In this document: positions 12,101 through 26,412 of the stretch, piece by piece
Layout: the number at the start of each line of letters is the position of its first letter
Numbering within the stretch: position 1 is the stretch's first letter
DNA from: Tubiluchus corallicola
Lineage: Eukaryota; Animalia; Priapulida
Direction of reading: 5' to 3'
NCBI GenBank assembly: GCA_030141605.1
Contig: JAQGDQ010000946.1
Coordinates: 14,362 to 78,361, forward strand
DNA length: 64,000 bases
Notes under the pieces: model-generated
What the model saw: only the letters and a program-made list of their open reading frames with translations
Database searches by the model: none
What the model was told of the DNA's origin: nothing
Made by a program: the position numbers and the translations under genes

Positions 12101-15100
12101 AAGTCATCTCTAAAGTACTGTACCTTGCGCAGTTTTTTATGCTATGTAGATTTTCTAGTTTGCCATTTTATCACCATTTTTAGTCTTTTGTTATTGGCTT
12201 AACTAAAAATAACTATTAACAGATCAAATAACTGTCAGTTTTAAACTTTTATTCATTTTAAAGGCAGAAAATATTCTCGTATCCCACGGGATACAACGGG
12301 TATGAAAGGGTTAAAGAAGCCACATAATGCATTTTGGCAGTAGACGTAAAATATGAGCTGTGTGGAGTATGAAAGTGTGTTTTCCTGGCAGAATGAGACG
12401 TTTCATCATGCAACTGTGGCCAGTGTAATTGCAATAATTAAACTTGTATAATCAATTTTATTTTAGGCTGAAAGATTAATGGAAGCAGTAAACGTTTATC
12501 GAGAGGATATCCAGAAGAGGACAATGCGTGAGCAGGAGCATCTAGGACCGGATGAAAAAGTAAGTTGCAAAACAGTGGTGTTAGCTTAATCAAGTTATCT
12601 TAATTTTACATACTATTAACATATAATAGTCTTTCTATCTTTTATATCATCCCATATATGAGCTTCATTCATTACATCATTCCATTTTAAGCACTAAATT
12701 TTTTTTATCATACGATTCACTTTAAATTTTCGGATTATTTCCATTACTTTTTTTTTCTTTCACTGTGTGGGACAATCTAACAAGCCCTGCTTTTTGATTA
12801 CCCGCAACACATTTACCTTTGTATATAGGTGAACAGTGTTTGAGGCTTTTCCTGTGCAGTATTTCTTATTTGTATTATGTTCATTGTAGGCCCTTTCACT
12901 TGATATTGTACATGAAACTATTGTAAATGTGTAATATGAAATAAATGACTTATCACTTAATTTCGTGTTAACATGTAATTATAATTGAGTTAGTGTAAAT
13001 TGCAATGGTGAATAAAATGTTACTTTATATAGATTGACATTAGATAATTTATAGTGAGGAATAAGGAAGTTTTATAGAATTTGCACCTGTAGATGGTACC
13101 CTAGCGTCAGGTAGCATTCACTTTTATGTTGTCATGTGTCAAAGTTTTTTTTTTGGATAGAATTTAATGGCACATTTCGATGTGTTTTTAACGGTATCTC
13201 TGAGTTTTTTGTGATGGCGTTGTTTTTTGTGTGTTCTTTTTGGCTGAACTTCCTTTTTTCTGCAAAAGTTCACTAACAAAAGTCCACTGAAACAGTTGTA
13301 GGAAATTTTGTTTTTCATATAAATTCTGTTAAAATAAGTTCGTGCAACCTAGTTAATAATATCGTTTGACTTTTGTAAATGAGAATTTTTTGTAATTTAT
13401 TATTACATTTATCTAAATTTTAGATGTTAATCAACTATTTCGCTTTACAGCAAACAGGAGATCTTCCTTTACATCCTCTGTGTGTAGCATACGGCAGTAT
13501 TTCAGCAGAGAGGCTTGTCTTGGAGATTTTACGTAAAATCAGATCAAGGTTTGTGCATTGGTCATAGTGAAATTTGTAGGCAGTGTGTTTTATGATTGTT
13601 GCAACTTGTAATTTTTCGGGTAAAGAGCCAATTATCCTCGTTTCATGAACTATTGCAATGATGGTTGCACGTGGCATAAGCCATGGACGATTATTGAAGC
13701 CAGTTAGATAGTCGGCCATTATTATTTTGGACATCTGTTAGAGTGTGCACAGATGCAGACATTGTTACTAAGCTTTGCAAAATTTAAAATAAAAGATTTC
13801 TCATGCTGTACATTTGTACACAAACACTAAATTGATGTCATTGTTTTTAATTGTAATGCAGTAGTGTTTGGCTCTCTTAATTCTGTTCCATTTGTCTATG
13901 AAATGACCATTATTGACAAACATGCAATGTTTTGTACTTAGCACTCAGTATTGGCTATATTGGACAAAGTTAGGCATCTAAATCAAATTGATTCGTGTTT
14001 ATTATATAGTCCAGGAATGGTTTAAATGTGTATTTATTAAACAGTCAGAACACATATGTATTTACAGCATATTGAAACGTAAAATGCACAATCTATGAAA
14101 CAGAAGGCAAGGCAGCCTATTTAAACTTGTCTGCACGGCTAATTAACAAATTCTATTATAAATGTGACTCAATCAATTACAAATGAATAGAAATGATAAA
14201 TCACAAGCAATTGGAAAATACAATATTACACCAATAATAGGTAAACACTATTAATAAACAAGCAAAGAATAAACGACCACCATTGTAAGATTATAATATT
14301 AATCAATAATAAAACAAATGCAAAAAGTATATTTGACAATAACTTCTTGTGGTGTGCTAGTAAAACAGAATCTTGTAAATAAACAAATTATGAAAGTCAT
14401 GTTTGAAGTTGTAGATAACTCACTTTGTAGAACAAGAATAAACAACTATACGACATGTTTGCACAAAACTGAAAAGTGTTTATTAGACTACATACACATA
14501 TGTAGAATGACTGCTACACTGAGAACAATAGTGTCCTGCACTGAACACTGAGAGTTAGACAGTGACTAGAAAGTAAATCCAGTCAGTATATATAGGTATA
14601 GGTGATTATGCAAATTTGGCTTCACAAAAACCATTACTGTAAAATAGGGAGAGATATTCACTGGACCGTACAATTATACTGGGGGTGAGTTTAGCTAGTA
14701 AAATGTAAAAGGATTAGTTCATAGATGGCAGCACCTAAAAATGTACAATTACAACTTCCACATAAATGGCCATTTCTTATTGAACACCAATAATGAATAT
14801 TAGTTTTATTTATGCACATCCACACACATCCACACACACATACATGCACTCATGCATGCATGCATGCGCACACCCACACAAATGAGCATATACTTATATT
14901 TAGAAGCCAATTTACACGAAAGTCCATATTACTAGTCCATAATACGCAATTATTTTATAAGAATGCAGACCAAGCGACTAAACACACATTTCACCAACTA
15001 TCAACAAGCAATTTTGCATGAGAACATACTATACAGTACAGTATTGTGGAATGCACCTGGCTTCAGATGCTGGTTGGCTGGTCAGCGTTACTTGTTGCGA

Positions 15101-18100
15101 AGCAACCCCAATCCCACGGCTGTTAAACTTTTCTACAATGTTTCTGCATAGCCATAGCAGTGAAATAAACAAACCTGGGTAACCGAGCTTACTGCTGAGC
15201 TTGGGTGACAGTCTGCCGCCTTCCGTCGCTTAACAAGAAAAATATAGGTGGCAGTGTGCCGGCTTCCATAGTGAAAAGGTTAAAAGTAAATTTACAGTAG
15301 GCTGATAATCAGTGTTCTACCTAGTTAGTTAATTAGTTAGTTAGTTAGTTAGTTTTAGTTAAAGTTAACTAGTTGCTTTTTTCACAGTGAACTTGAGGAA
15401 GCTTTGCTGGTGCTGCCATTCGATTACGTGTCGGATTTGATTAAACTGTTTGACGTTTTCTTCCGTAATGGATGGGATGCGGAACTTTGTTCCAGGTGTC
15501 TTTTCTTCATGCTCAGGTTTGTTCCGTTTACTCTGCAGACTTGAAGATATTTTTCTCTTATTACAGTTAAAAACACCATATAACTTATCCTCTATTCCTA
15601 GAACAGGTTGTCTTAGCTTTGATGATAGGGCATTTGCTATTTCTGCGCCAGTATACATGCGTGTTGTTAGTGTTATCAACTTTATCCCTTTTGCAAAGTT
15701 GCCCTTTTGTTTTCAACTTCTTCGTTTTTCCGTTGCACTCATCTTCCTAGTTATAACCTCGTTGCTTTGCGAGTTGCAATAAAGTTGTTAAATTTATTCT
15801 TTTCGTCTTGGTGTTGGAGACAAAGCTCTTACATTCTTCAATTAAACTGCTGACGCAAAGCCATTGTTCTGACGTCATCCATTACACTCTGTCTATAAGC
15901 TTATAGAATTAATTCAGTAAAAGCTGCTGCTGCTGGCTTTGCGTTAGATAAACAAACAAACACTAGGTATAATGTTCGCGTGTTTTTGATTGTACGTGTA
16001 TTTATAAGCAAAATTTTTTGCGGGGCCTTTTCTAGTTCTTTAATTAATTTCACGATGATCCATGTGTATTGTAAGCTATAAGTTGCTCGTGCATTTGCGT
16101 TACGTTACGGACACTTACATAGGATGATATTCTTTTGTTAAAAAGTTTTTCTTTATAAAGTTATGGTGTTTGTGTCTTTCCAGGGTGCATCATGCTCAGG
16201 TTACAGCCAATCAGTCGTTATTGCCGATTGTTGATTCTCTAAGGCAAAATGTATTGGTGAAATTGACTGAGTTTAAGGTATGTGAGAGTACTGGATTATT
16301 TTACAGGCTCCAGCCTAGTTTGCCTTAAGCTTTGAAAAACTGTTTTTTTTTCAATGCAGTGTGTTGAAATGTGGGCTAATTTGGTTTACAATAAATAGTA
16401 AATGAGTGAAATTTCTTAAAGGAAAACCGGATGATTGTGTAAACATTAGTTCAGAATAACGAATGCTCTAAAATATTGAAAACTACCAAAGCTTTTTTTA
16501 AATCAAAGCTTAGAATAAATAATAATTTCCTCGGACACCTAGCGTTAAACTTTCAAAGCTAAATTCAAACTCAGTGAATCTACTAAGATTGGCAGCGGTG
16601 CCTTTTTGTCACATTCGCTTGGCTGACAAATAGAAGGCGGTACCGTGATAAGCAGGATCATGAATTGCCGTGTTAGTTTCTGACGTCATATAATGTAGAG
16701 CCCATTTTTGTGATATCATGCTTTTAAACAGTACCGTAACACTTATGCAAATGTGCTTGATGCGCAATGAAAGACGCCTGCCATTGCACAAACTGTGGTT
16801 AGTTTCTGACGTAAGCAATAGTTGTATTCGGTTGCTGTTAATTAACTTTCTAAGCTAATTATTCAAATATAAGGAAAAACTGTTAATTTTTGTAGGCAAG
16901 AAAATGTATATTTTGGACAGTAAATTAAAATGAGATTGTGTCAAACAATCGTCCGGTCTTCCTTTAATGAGTATTTTTATTCACAAATAAAAGAAAGCTA
17001 TTCTAGTTTATTTTAGGAATTTGGAATAAATTTACTTCATACTGTGCAAATATTGCTAAGATATATCACAAGTAAAGATATTCAAGATTTGTGCGAGTAG
17101 CTCCATCTGAGGGGCTTATAATTTCATTAGCCTAAGTTCCACAAAAGGTCATAATCCAGCCCTGTTCAATGTTATTAGTAAACCTGTCTTTTAAGCAATC
17201 CATCAGTCCAAGCACTTGCAGTATGTGTTGTTGTTTTTAGTACTGTGTTATAGTAGGGAGCAAGGGATAAAATCAGGAATAGTAATATTAGAGGAACAGT
17301 GAAAGTAGTGGAAGCCTCGAAAAAGATACAAGAGGCAAGATTGCGATGGTATGGGCACCTGAAAAGGAGAGTCGGGGAAGATGACGTGGGAAGGGAGGTC
17401 ATGGAAATGGAAGTGCTGGGAAATAGAAGAATAGGACGACCCAAGCTGAGATGGTTTGAATGTATTAACGGAGACCTTAGAGAGAAGAACATAAATGAAG
17501 AGAGGGTCAACAACAGGAATATGTGGAGGAGACTTATTCACAACGGCGACCCCGCATAGGGAAAAGCTGTGAAGAAGAAGAAGAAGTTATAGTAGGGAGC
17601 ACTTCTGTATTTCTGTGGTTCGGTAATAAACAGAGTTGGCAGTTTGCATAACAAATTTTTAAGGAGGCATTCTTTTAGCCTGAGAGTGATTGTGATGATG
17701 CCCGGGGATTGGGAACTTCGTAATCTTTGCAGCGCTTCTTAGTGAATATTATTAAAGCATTTTTGGAAGTAATCAGTCGTAATTGAAAAGTCCACGGATG
17801 CTTTATTATGATTAGCTCGATGGTTTTCATGATTGGGGTCAAAGCTTTTTCTACTTGGACTGTCGTTGAGGAATTGCTATTCAATAAGCCTTTTCACAGT
17901 TCCAGCGATTGATGTTGATCCTGAAAAGGTCAAAGGTTAAGTGTACCAGACAACGCATTTGTGCACACTTGAGAACTCCTCACAGCCCATGCTATTGTAA
18001 TAGTAACAGTTTTAACAGCAAGCTAAATCCTTACCTAGTTCATTTGTGTACACTTGAGAACTCCTCACAGCCCACACTATTGTAATAGTAACGGTTTTAA

Positions 18101-19655
18101 CAGCTAGCCTGATCCTTGCCTTGTTCATTTTTTCTTGTTCTCAAGCAAGATCCTGCTAGTAAATCGCTTTATGCATAGACTGAAGCATGACTAAGTAAAC
18201 TTCATTTAAAGCAACTAAAGTTACTGAAGTGATGTGGCAGACGGCTTTGCTTTACTCACATGTCTGGTGATGGTTGTATTTAACACGCTGCGATGGTACA
18301 CCTAACCTTTGACTTACAGCAACTGCACATGTGCACAACGAAACTGTGAGAAGGCTTGTTGTGGGCTGAAATGTTAAAATGTGCTAAAACTCTGAATTAA
18401 ATTACTTTAAAAAAATTATTTAAATAATAATTGTGTTTGATTATTGGAATTTGTGCTGTCCTTGATTCATTTGTCTTGTGGCCTCGTAAATGTAATTGTG
18501 AACATTTGACGTTTATTTCTTTTTGTTTTGAAAACTGTTGAAACAATTAAAACACTTGTGAACGAAACATCTAGATCATTCATTCAAACTCGTCTAAGAT
18601 CAATCACATTATTAAATGAACATTATGAAGCTGATCATAGTCCATTAAAATGTGCAATAAGGCAGTTCTTTCCTTTGTGGATGCCTTGCATAATTCAAAA
18701 AAAAAATAGTAAACCAAGTATAATTCGATTGCATAATAGCAAATAATGATGATTTTTGAAAATGCCTTGAAACCAGATTTGACTGCTGCCATGCCAGTGG
18801 CTTCCAGTTTCAGTTTTAAATTTAAAATTACTGTACAGTCTAACCTCGTTATCTCGCCCCTCGTTATGCCGCCAAACTCATCTCGCGCCATAGAAAGTAC
18901 CTGGAATTTACCTCGTTAAGTCGCCACCCTCGCTTCTCGCCCTCGCCACGTCATGCTATTATGAGTGCTTATATAAACTATATTCATTATGTCGCCAAAC
19001 AGACAAACTCAGAGGTGAATCGATCAATACATATACCGCGTGTCGATCAATATAACTGCGGTATGTAGACAATGCTGCTGTACTCGATAGACAGACATAA
19101 TTAATCTAGTGTGTGTCTCACCAGGATTAGATTAGGAGTGCTGTGGTTGGTTAATGCGCAGAGAAACTAAAGCGTCACCGATATCCTAACTCTATAACAC
19201 CAAAACTGCGTTTAAGTTTGAGTTTCCACAAAGTGTGAGCAACTTTACATGTCTCTGAATGTATTATGTCTACATGATGTCTCAACTATTATGTATATAC
19301 ATATAGACTAACTTCGTTATATTCCCGTTATCTCGCCATACTCGCCTCTCGCCAAAAATTTGCCCTAGACAGACAGTGGCGAGATAACGAGACTAGATGG
19401 TATATTGAATTGGATTTTTATATTTGCCTACATTTTGAAATTATTGCTTTGTGCACTAGAGCTCCCATGCACACTGTATAGTAACCTGTTTGTTTCTTAC
19501 AGGATACTATAGGGTTTAACTTGGCAGGGCTGTCATTTCTACAACAGATGTATGAGGAAAGAGAACAAGTGACGTTCTTTGCTGATGCCACCCAGAAAAG
19601 ACAGGAAAGAAAGAAAAAATTAAAGAAAAGTGAACGGGTGATACTTACATTGTAG
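154..19655 (+). CDS. WDR3: WD repeat-containing protein 3 (UTP12/DIP2, SSU processome), 3' 12 exons, left copy
   Basis: GT-AG exons with consistent phases: 154-255, 1910-1995, 2110-2251, 3506-3663, 5411-5522, 7397-7582, 9761-9829, 12467-12559, 13451-13548, 15388-15516, 16184-16277, 19503-19655 (TAG). Peptides [56 protein letters not shown] and IGFNLAGL are characteristic of WDR3/Utp12. The 5' part lies outside the window. Confidence 0.93.
1391..1879. mobile_element. Fold-back MITE with about 185-bp inverted arms and a central 30-bp tandem (mirror copy about 47762-48250)
   Basis: taaagaggcc..ggaagaagaaac is inverted as gtttcttcttcc..ggcctcttta. The centre is (tgatattgtttaaacatatataaaaaaa)n. 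Confidence 0.8.
2753..3282. repeat. 49-bp minisatellite, 11 copies, with an internal hairpin (mirror about 46362-46889)
   Basis: Unit aatagtaataagttgcaagccatttgtaatgcaacttncttttaatgta; aagttgca/tgcaactt forms the stem. Confidence 0.92.
4680..4798 (-). rRNA. Diverged 5S rRNA copy (probable pseudogene or SINE3 head), intronic and antisense to WDR3
   Basis: 119 nt atctacggcc..gatcaccgaagttaagcaacg..gttagtactt..gtgaccgcct.ggaataccaggtgctgtagactt follows the metazoan 5S consensus. Box C carries substitutions and there is no immediate oligo-T terminator. Confidence 0.82.
5636..6210. mobile_element. Dispersed repeat, homologous to 20988-21560 (each mirrored in the right arm)
   Basis: Shared blocks aaagtagaatg..aaatgt.aattttt, tagcctgcacctcaacttcaacgtggattat and ttggtatcaaaatgatcctca. 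Confidence 0.7.
6918..6975 (+). mobile_element. Short CR1/L2-like LINE 3'-end remnant
   Basis: gactagatgacctt..ggtctttc resembles the conserved CR1-clade 3' stem-loop (recalled consensus). Confidence 0.35.
7030..7146. repeat. (GTT/GTG/GCT)n compound microsatellite; the mirror copy is 12 bp shorter
   Basis: Read directly; mirror about 42503-42607. Confidence 0.9.
7651..8746. mobile_element. Degenerate Tc1/mariner (Tigger-like) non-autonomous element, same family as 57686-58605
   Basis: TA-flanked cagtaggc start. Shares ttgactcaaataactc and aaattcattt.aa.cctttgca blocks with 57686-58605 in reverse orientation. Confidence 0.5.
9908..10325. mobile_element. MITE with cactca.atctcggtttgcc terminal inverted repeats; further copies at 57152-58613 and about 59925-60330
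   Basis: Starts cactcacatctcggtttgcc and ends ggcaaaccgagatatga; internal sequence is conserved between copies. Confidence 0.7.
10359..10870. mobile_element. Partial copy of the TTAA-AGG (Kolobok-like) MITE family
   Basis: Inverted homologue of 16420-16963 and 54484-55023. Confidence 0.7.
11295..11712. mobile_element. hAT-like MITE with TAGGGGTGAGCAT terminal inverted repeats and ttcgaa-rich subterminal repeats (mirror 37938-38355)
   Basis: taggggtgagcat ... atgctcaccccta; many gaatcgaa/ttcgaa motifs. No clear TSD. Confidence 0.75.
11987..12310. mobile_element. piggyBac-like MITE
   Basis: ttaa|cactttca (ccctttca in the mirror copy) ... tgaaaggg|ttaa. Confidence 0.6.
14960..15279. mobile_element. 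piggyBac-like repeat fragment, homologous to 59170-59480
   Basis: Ends agtgaaaagg|ttaa. Shares tggaatgcacctggcttcagatgctggttggct with the 59.2-59.5 kb copy, which starts ttaa|ccctttcact. Confidence 0.6.
16420..16963. mobile_element. Full-length TTAA-flanked MITE (Kolobok-like; mirror about 32708-33251)
   Basis: ttaa|aggaaaaccggatgattgt ... acaatcgtccggtcttcct|ttaa. Confidence 0.78.
17263..17585 (+). mobile_element. 5'-truncated RTE-clade LINE 3' end
   Basis: ORF remnant [23 protein letters not shown], (GAA)n tail, and a perfect 16-bp TSD gttatagtagggagca at 17247-17262 and 17586-17601. Confidence 0.88.
17886..18357. mobile_element. MITE with aagccttttc termini (PIF/Harbinger-like); relatives at about 3958-4330 and 49741-50262
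   Basis: aagccttttcacagtt ... aactgtgagaaggctt. The 49.7-50.3 kb copy is flanked by TTA/TAA. Confidence 0.6.
18836..19400. mobile_element. Tc1/mariner (pogo/Tigger-like) MITE (mirror about 30271-30835)
   Basis: ta|cagtctaacctcgttatctcgcc ... ggcgagataacgagactagatgg|ta. Confidence 0.78.
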
Positions 19656-19993
19656 CAACAATACGTCTGTGGGATACATTGTAGCAACAATACGTCTGTG
19701 AGATACATTGTAGCAACAATACGTCTGTGGGATACATTGTAGCAACAATACGTCTGTGAGATACATTGTAGCAACAATACGTCTGTGAGATACATTGTAG
19801 CAACAATACGTCTGTGAGATACATTGTAGCAACAATACGTCTGTGGGATACATTGTAGCGACAATACGTCTGTGAGATACATTGTAGCAACAATACGTCT
19901 GTGAGATACATTGTAGCAACAATACGTCTGTGAGATACATTGTAGCGACAATACGTCTGTGAGATACATTGTAGCAACAATACGTCTGTGAGA
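19646..19993 (+). repeat. 12 x 29-bp tandem array whose first unit contains the WDR3 stop codon
   Basis: Unit tacattgtagc(a/g)acaatacgtctgtg(a/g)ga; 348 bp = 12 units. Confidence 0.95.
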
Positions 19994-20147
19994 ATTTTCT
20001 GTGAATTTCACTTTATTACCAAGTTTAAACACTTAACAAGAGGATGAAGATAGTGAATTTTGTACAATTGTTGTAAATAATCAGACAGTCTAGATATAGA
20101 TTATTAATTTTGAATAGTTTATTTTTGATGATAAAACTATGATACTG

Positions 20148-20157
20148 AATAAATAAA
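20148..20157 (+). terminator. Candidate WDR3 polyadenylation signal (overlapping AATAAA)
   Basis: aataaataaa about 490 nt after the stop, just before the 21-bp array. Confidence 0.4.
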
Positions 20158-20180
20158 AACAACCAAATATCTTTAAGCTG

Positions 20181-20986
20181 AAATACATGTTTTATCTCAC
20201 AAAATACGTGTTTTATCTCAGAAAATACGTGTTTTATTTCACAAAATGTGTTTTATCTCATGAAATACGTGTTTTATCTCACGAAATACGTGTTTTATCT
20301 CACAAAATACGTGCTTTATCTCATGAAATACGTGCTTTATTTCACAAAATACCTGTTTTATCTCACAAAATACGTGCTTTATCTCACAAAATACGTGCTT
20401 TATCTCATGAAATACGTGCTTTATTTCACAAAATACGTGTTTTATCTCACAAAATACGTGTTTTATCTCACAAAATACGTGCTTTATCTCATGAAATACG
20501 TGCTTTATTTCACAAAATACGTGTTTTATCTCACAAAATACGTGCTTTATTTCACAAAATACGTGTTTTATCTCACAAAATACGTGCTTTATCTCACAAA
20601 ATACGTGCTTTATCTCATGAAATACGTGCTTTATTTCACAAAATACGTGTTTTATCTCACAAAATACGTGCTTTATCTCATGAAATAGGTGCTTTATTTC
20701 ACAAAATACGTGTTTTATCTCACAAAATACGTGTTTTATCTCACAAAATACGTGCTTTATTTCACAAAATACGTGCTTTATTTCACAAAATACGTGTTTT
20801 ATCTCACAAAATACGTGCTTTATCTCACAAAATACGTGCTTTATCTCATGAAATACGTGCTTTATTTCACAAAATACGTGTTTTATCTCACAAAATACGT
20901 GCTTTATCTCACAAAATACGTGCTTTATTTCACAAAATACGTGCTTTATTTCACAAAATACTTGTTTTATCTCACGAAATACGTGC
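20181..20986. repeat. About 38 x 21-bp minisatellite
   Basis: Unit aaatacgtg(t/c)tttat(c/t)tca(ca/tg). Confidence 0.95.
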
Positions 20987-21606
20987 TGTTTGAAAGTAGA
21001 ATGCTCCAAAAATTGGGTCAAATGTCAATTTTTTGTTTTTTATAAAAATAAATGGTAAAAATATTGTACTTTTATATTCTAGTTTCAAATTATCAAGAAA
21101 ATGTTCAAGAAATACTAAAAATCTAATTTTATAACCCTGTAACTCTGGCTAGAAACTAGTACTACTATTCTGAGTACTACAAACTCTGATAGTAACTCTT
21201 GGAAGTTGTCATTTTGCTTCGGGTTTTTTATGCTGCTGAGCCGAGATTTTCGTTAGAAAGATTTATCTACTGAATTTATTATTAATATGTTCTTGTAAAG
21301 TCCACAGCAACCAATATTTGTGCGGTTGCTAAGTGTTTTCCACAAAAAACAATATCTAACTTTAACAGTGATTTTCTTGAGGTTAAGTTTCTCAGTTTAT
21401 AGCCTGCACCTCAACTTCAACGTGGATTATTTCAGCTTAGAAATAACATAGAGCAATGAGCTTGGTATCAAAATGATCCTCACGAAATGGAGATTCGGAA
21501 TATGGGAATAACTAGAAAAGTATAATTGCTGACTTATGGACGATTTTGCTACGCGAGCACACATTTAAATATATAAGATTCTCCTACTTTGCAATATCAA
21601 TGAACG

Positions 21607-21612
21607 TTTATT
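21607..21612 (-). terminator. Candidate sulfotransferase polyadenylation signal (mirror 28060-28065)
   Basis: AATAAA about 380 nt after the stop. Confidence 0.35.
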
Positions 21613-21993
21613 CATGCAAAAGCAATAACTAAGCTCAAAAATTTGAAAGTGTAAAATGTCACTTATAAAACAACTGATTTAACATACTCGCAAGTCATTC
21701 TTGTGACACAGCGGTGCACAGGAAGAGCAACCGATGCCTCGTTAGATACAACGACAAGTCGCTCGTCCTGCCGCCCGTCTGCTCCTGTCTGTCGGTACAT
21801 GTGCAGATTCGTGATGACGCTGTTTGTTCCCCTCGATTTCTCCAGAACTTGTAGTTCTTCGATTATGACCGGCTCAATTTGACCGTTCGAATGCCGAATA
21901 TGAATTAATAACTTGAAAAGCTTAATTACCGACTTATGGACGATTTCGATATGCAAGCAGACATATAATGTACGCGGTCTAAGTGTAGTTATG

Positions 21994-24445
<2,452 letters not shown>

Positions 24446-24885
24446 ATTAATTAATCTCTATTCATTGAGAAAAAGTGGCACAGAGTTCACATCATTTACA
24501 TAAGAGGTACACACTACGCGCACCGCGGCATCTACTGACTAAATGACTCGTTTTCTGAGCAAAAAGTTTCAAGACTCGAACGTGATTAGTTGCAACTAAT
24601 CAGGCCTTGGGCATAATGGACATTGACGAAGCATGAAACACTTCCTGTATAATTACAACTAGAAAATGTCTGAAGACTAGTTGAGCCAGTACCGGAATGT
24701 TGCGCAATTATTAAACTGGTTTTAATAAAGTAATTATAACAACCAGCATAGCTTACTGCATATTGGGTGGAATAAAAACAATCATAGCAGATGTCTGTAC
24801 ATTCGCATGAACTTAGATTACAAGTCAAGTTTATCGATTCGAATCAGAGGCTTATTTGTTTTTTTCTTGTACAACCAGTGGCGTA

Positions 24886-25222
24886 AGTAAGTAAGTAAGT
24901 AAGTTTATTAGTTTATCACCATTTTTAAAGTAGCAAAATACATAACTAAGAGATTTATAAATCTATACAACATACAATATTATTACAAAGTGCAAAAGTA
25001 ATTATTGATTAGTGGTGAAAGGGTGGGGCGAAAGAACTATAAGTTATCGAGGTCAGCCACCCCTCTCAGGATTGTTACTAATATAATTAATTAGTTAATG
25101 CGCATGTACCAGGTAATTAAAAATTAACAGATTTTGCATTTAAGACGAATGAAAATTGAATTATTATACGAATGTGTTAGTTTATAATAAAATAATGTTC
25201 AATAATGGGAAAGAAGAGACAC
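24886..25222 (-). mobile_element. Retroposon 3' fragment with (TTAC)n tail, inserted into a cagtggcgtagc-type hAT-like end
   Basis: gcgta is duplicated at 24881-24885 and 25223-25227. Removing the insert restores cagtggcgtagcaag..cgcccgggg. Confidence 0.45.
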
Positions 25223-25565
25223 GCGTAGCAAGATGAGTCGCCCGGGGGGGGGGGGCAAAAAACAAATTGTGCTCGTTTTTGCGTCCCTGAGCCCGACTCC
25301 TTTTTCGACCTAATAGGATAAAGGTAAACGATTTTTTCTTACAATCACACTGAGTTTCATTTGCAGTACTACACTAGAATATCTCTTTTCTATGTATTGG
25401 TTGCTCGTAACACGACAGTCCTTAAATTTAGCTCCAGCATTAAAACATACAAAGATATGGAAGATACAGAATGTTACGGGTTTTCACAATAGTACGATCG
25501 GCATTTATCCCAAAATGTTTCTCCCAAAATTATCGATTTGCTAAACCACACGACGCCCTACGGTG

Positions 25566-26103
25566 CCCGGTAAGTTTGGTACTAACAAGTTTGGCACAGG
25601 TAAGTTGGGGTACTGGTAATTTTGGTACGAGGAAATTTTTGTACATTGAAAATTTGGTATTAGGAATTTTTGCTACGCGGTAATTTTGGTACTGGAAAGA
25701 TATGGTACAGAGAGAATATGGTACTGGTAGATATGGTACAAACGAAGTTTTGTCAGGCATTTTTAGTACAAGTAAATATGATACAAGGTAAAAATGGTTC
25801 GGAAGAAATTTGGTACTGGGAAAGTTTAGTACTCGGAGAGTTTGGTACTAGGAAAATTCTGAACAGAGAAAGTTTGGTACTATAAGGTACAAGGTAAAAT
25901 GGTACGGAACAAATTTGGTACTAGGAAAGTTTAGTACTGGGAAAGTTTGGTACTAGGAAAATTCTGTGCAGAGAAAATTTGGTACAAGGAAAGTTTGGTA
26001 CTATAAGGTACAAGGTGAAAATGGAACGGAACAAGTTTGGTACTAGAAAAGTTTAGTACTCGGAGAGTTGGTACTAGGAAAATTCATAGCAGAGAAAGTT
26101 TGG
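25566..26103. repeat. Degenerate 16-bp (ggaaagtttggtacta) array with a 105-120-bp higher-order unit, truncated at the palindrome junction
   Basis: Repeated aagtttggtact; three higher-order units each start g(a)tacaaggt.aaa. Confidence 0.85.
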
Positions 26104-26249
26104 AAAAATATTTTAATATGGTGTTTGTAAATATGTTCATTTATTGTATATAATTAGGCCTTAGTTTTGCATTTTAATTTTCTTTAGTATGCACTTGACG
26201 CATTTGTCTTGAGACAGTGTCTGTCTGTCTGTCTGTCTCTTTGTCTGAT

Positions 26250-26305
<56 letters not shown>

Positions 26306-26311
26306 CTCTCT

Positions 26312-26412
<101 letters not shown>

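Noticed and set aside
19418-20032. 204-aa repetitive ORF (mirror 29639-30253)
   Set aside because: Antisense reading of the 29-bp array and the last WDR3 exon.
20187-21045. Long ORFs (268, 260 and 146 aa) and their mirrors at 28627-29484
   Set aside because: They are translations of a 21-bp stop-free minisatellite, and the mirror copy is frameshifted.
25566-26103. Telomeric repeat at a chromosome-fusion site
   Set aside because: No TTAGGG or TTAGG tandem; the unit is about 16 bp and degenerate.
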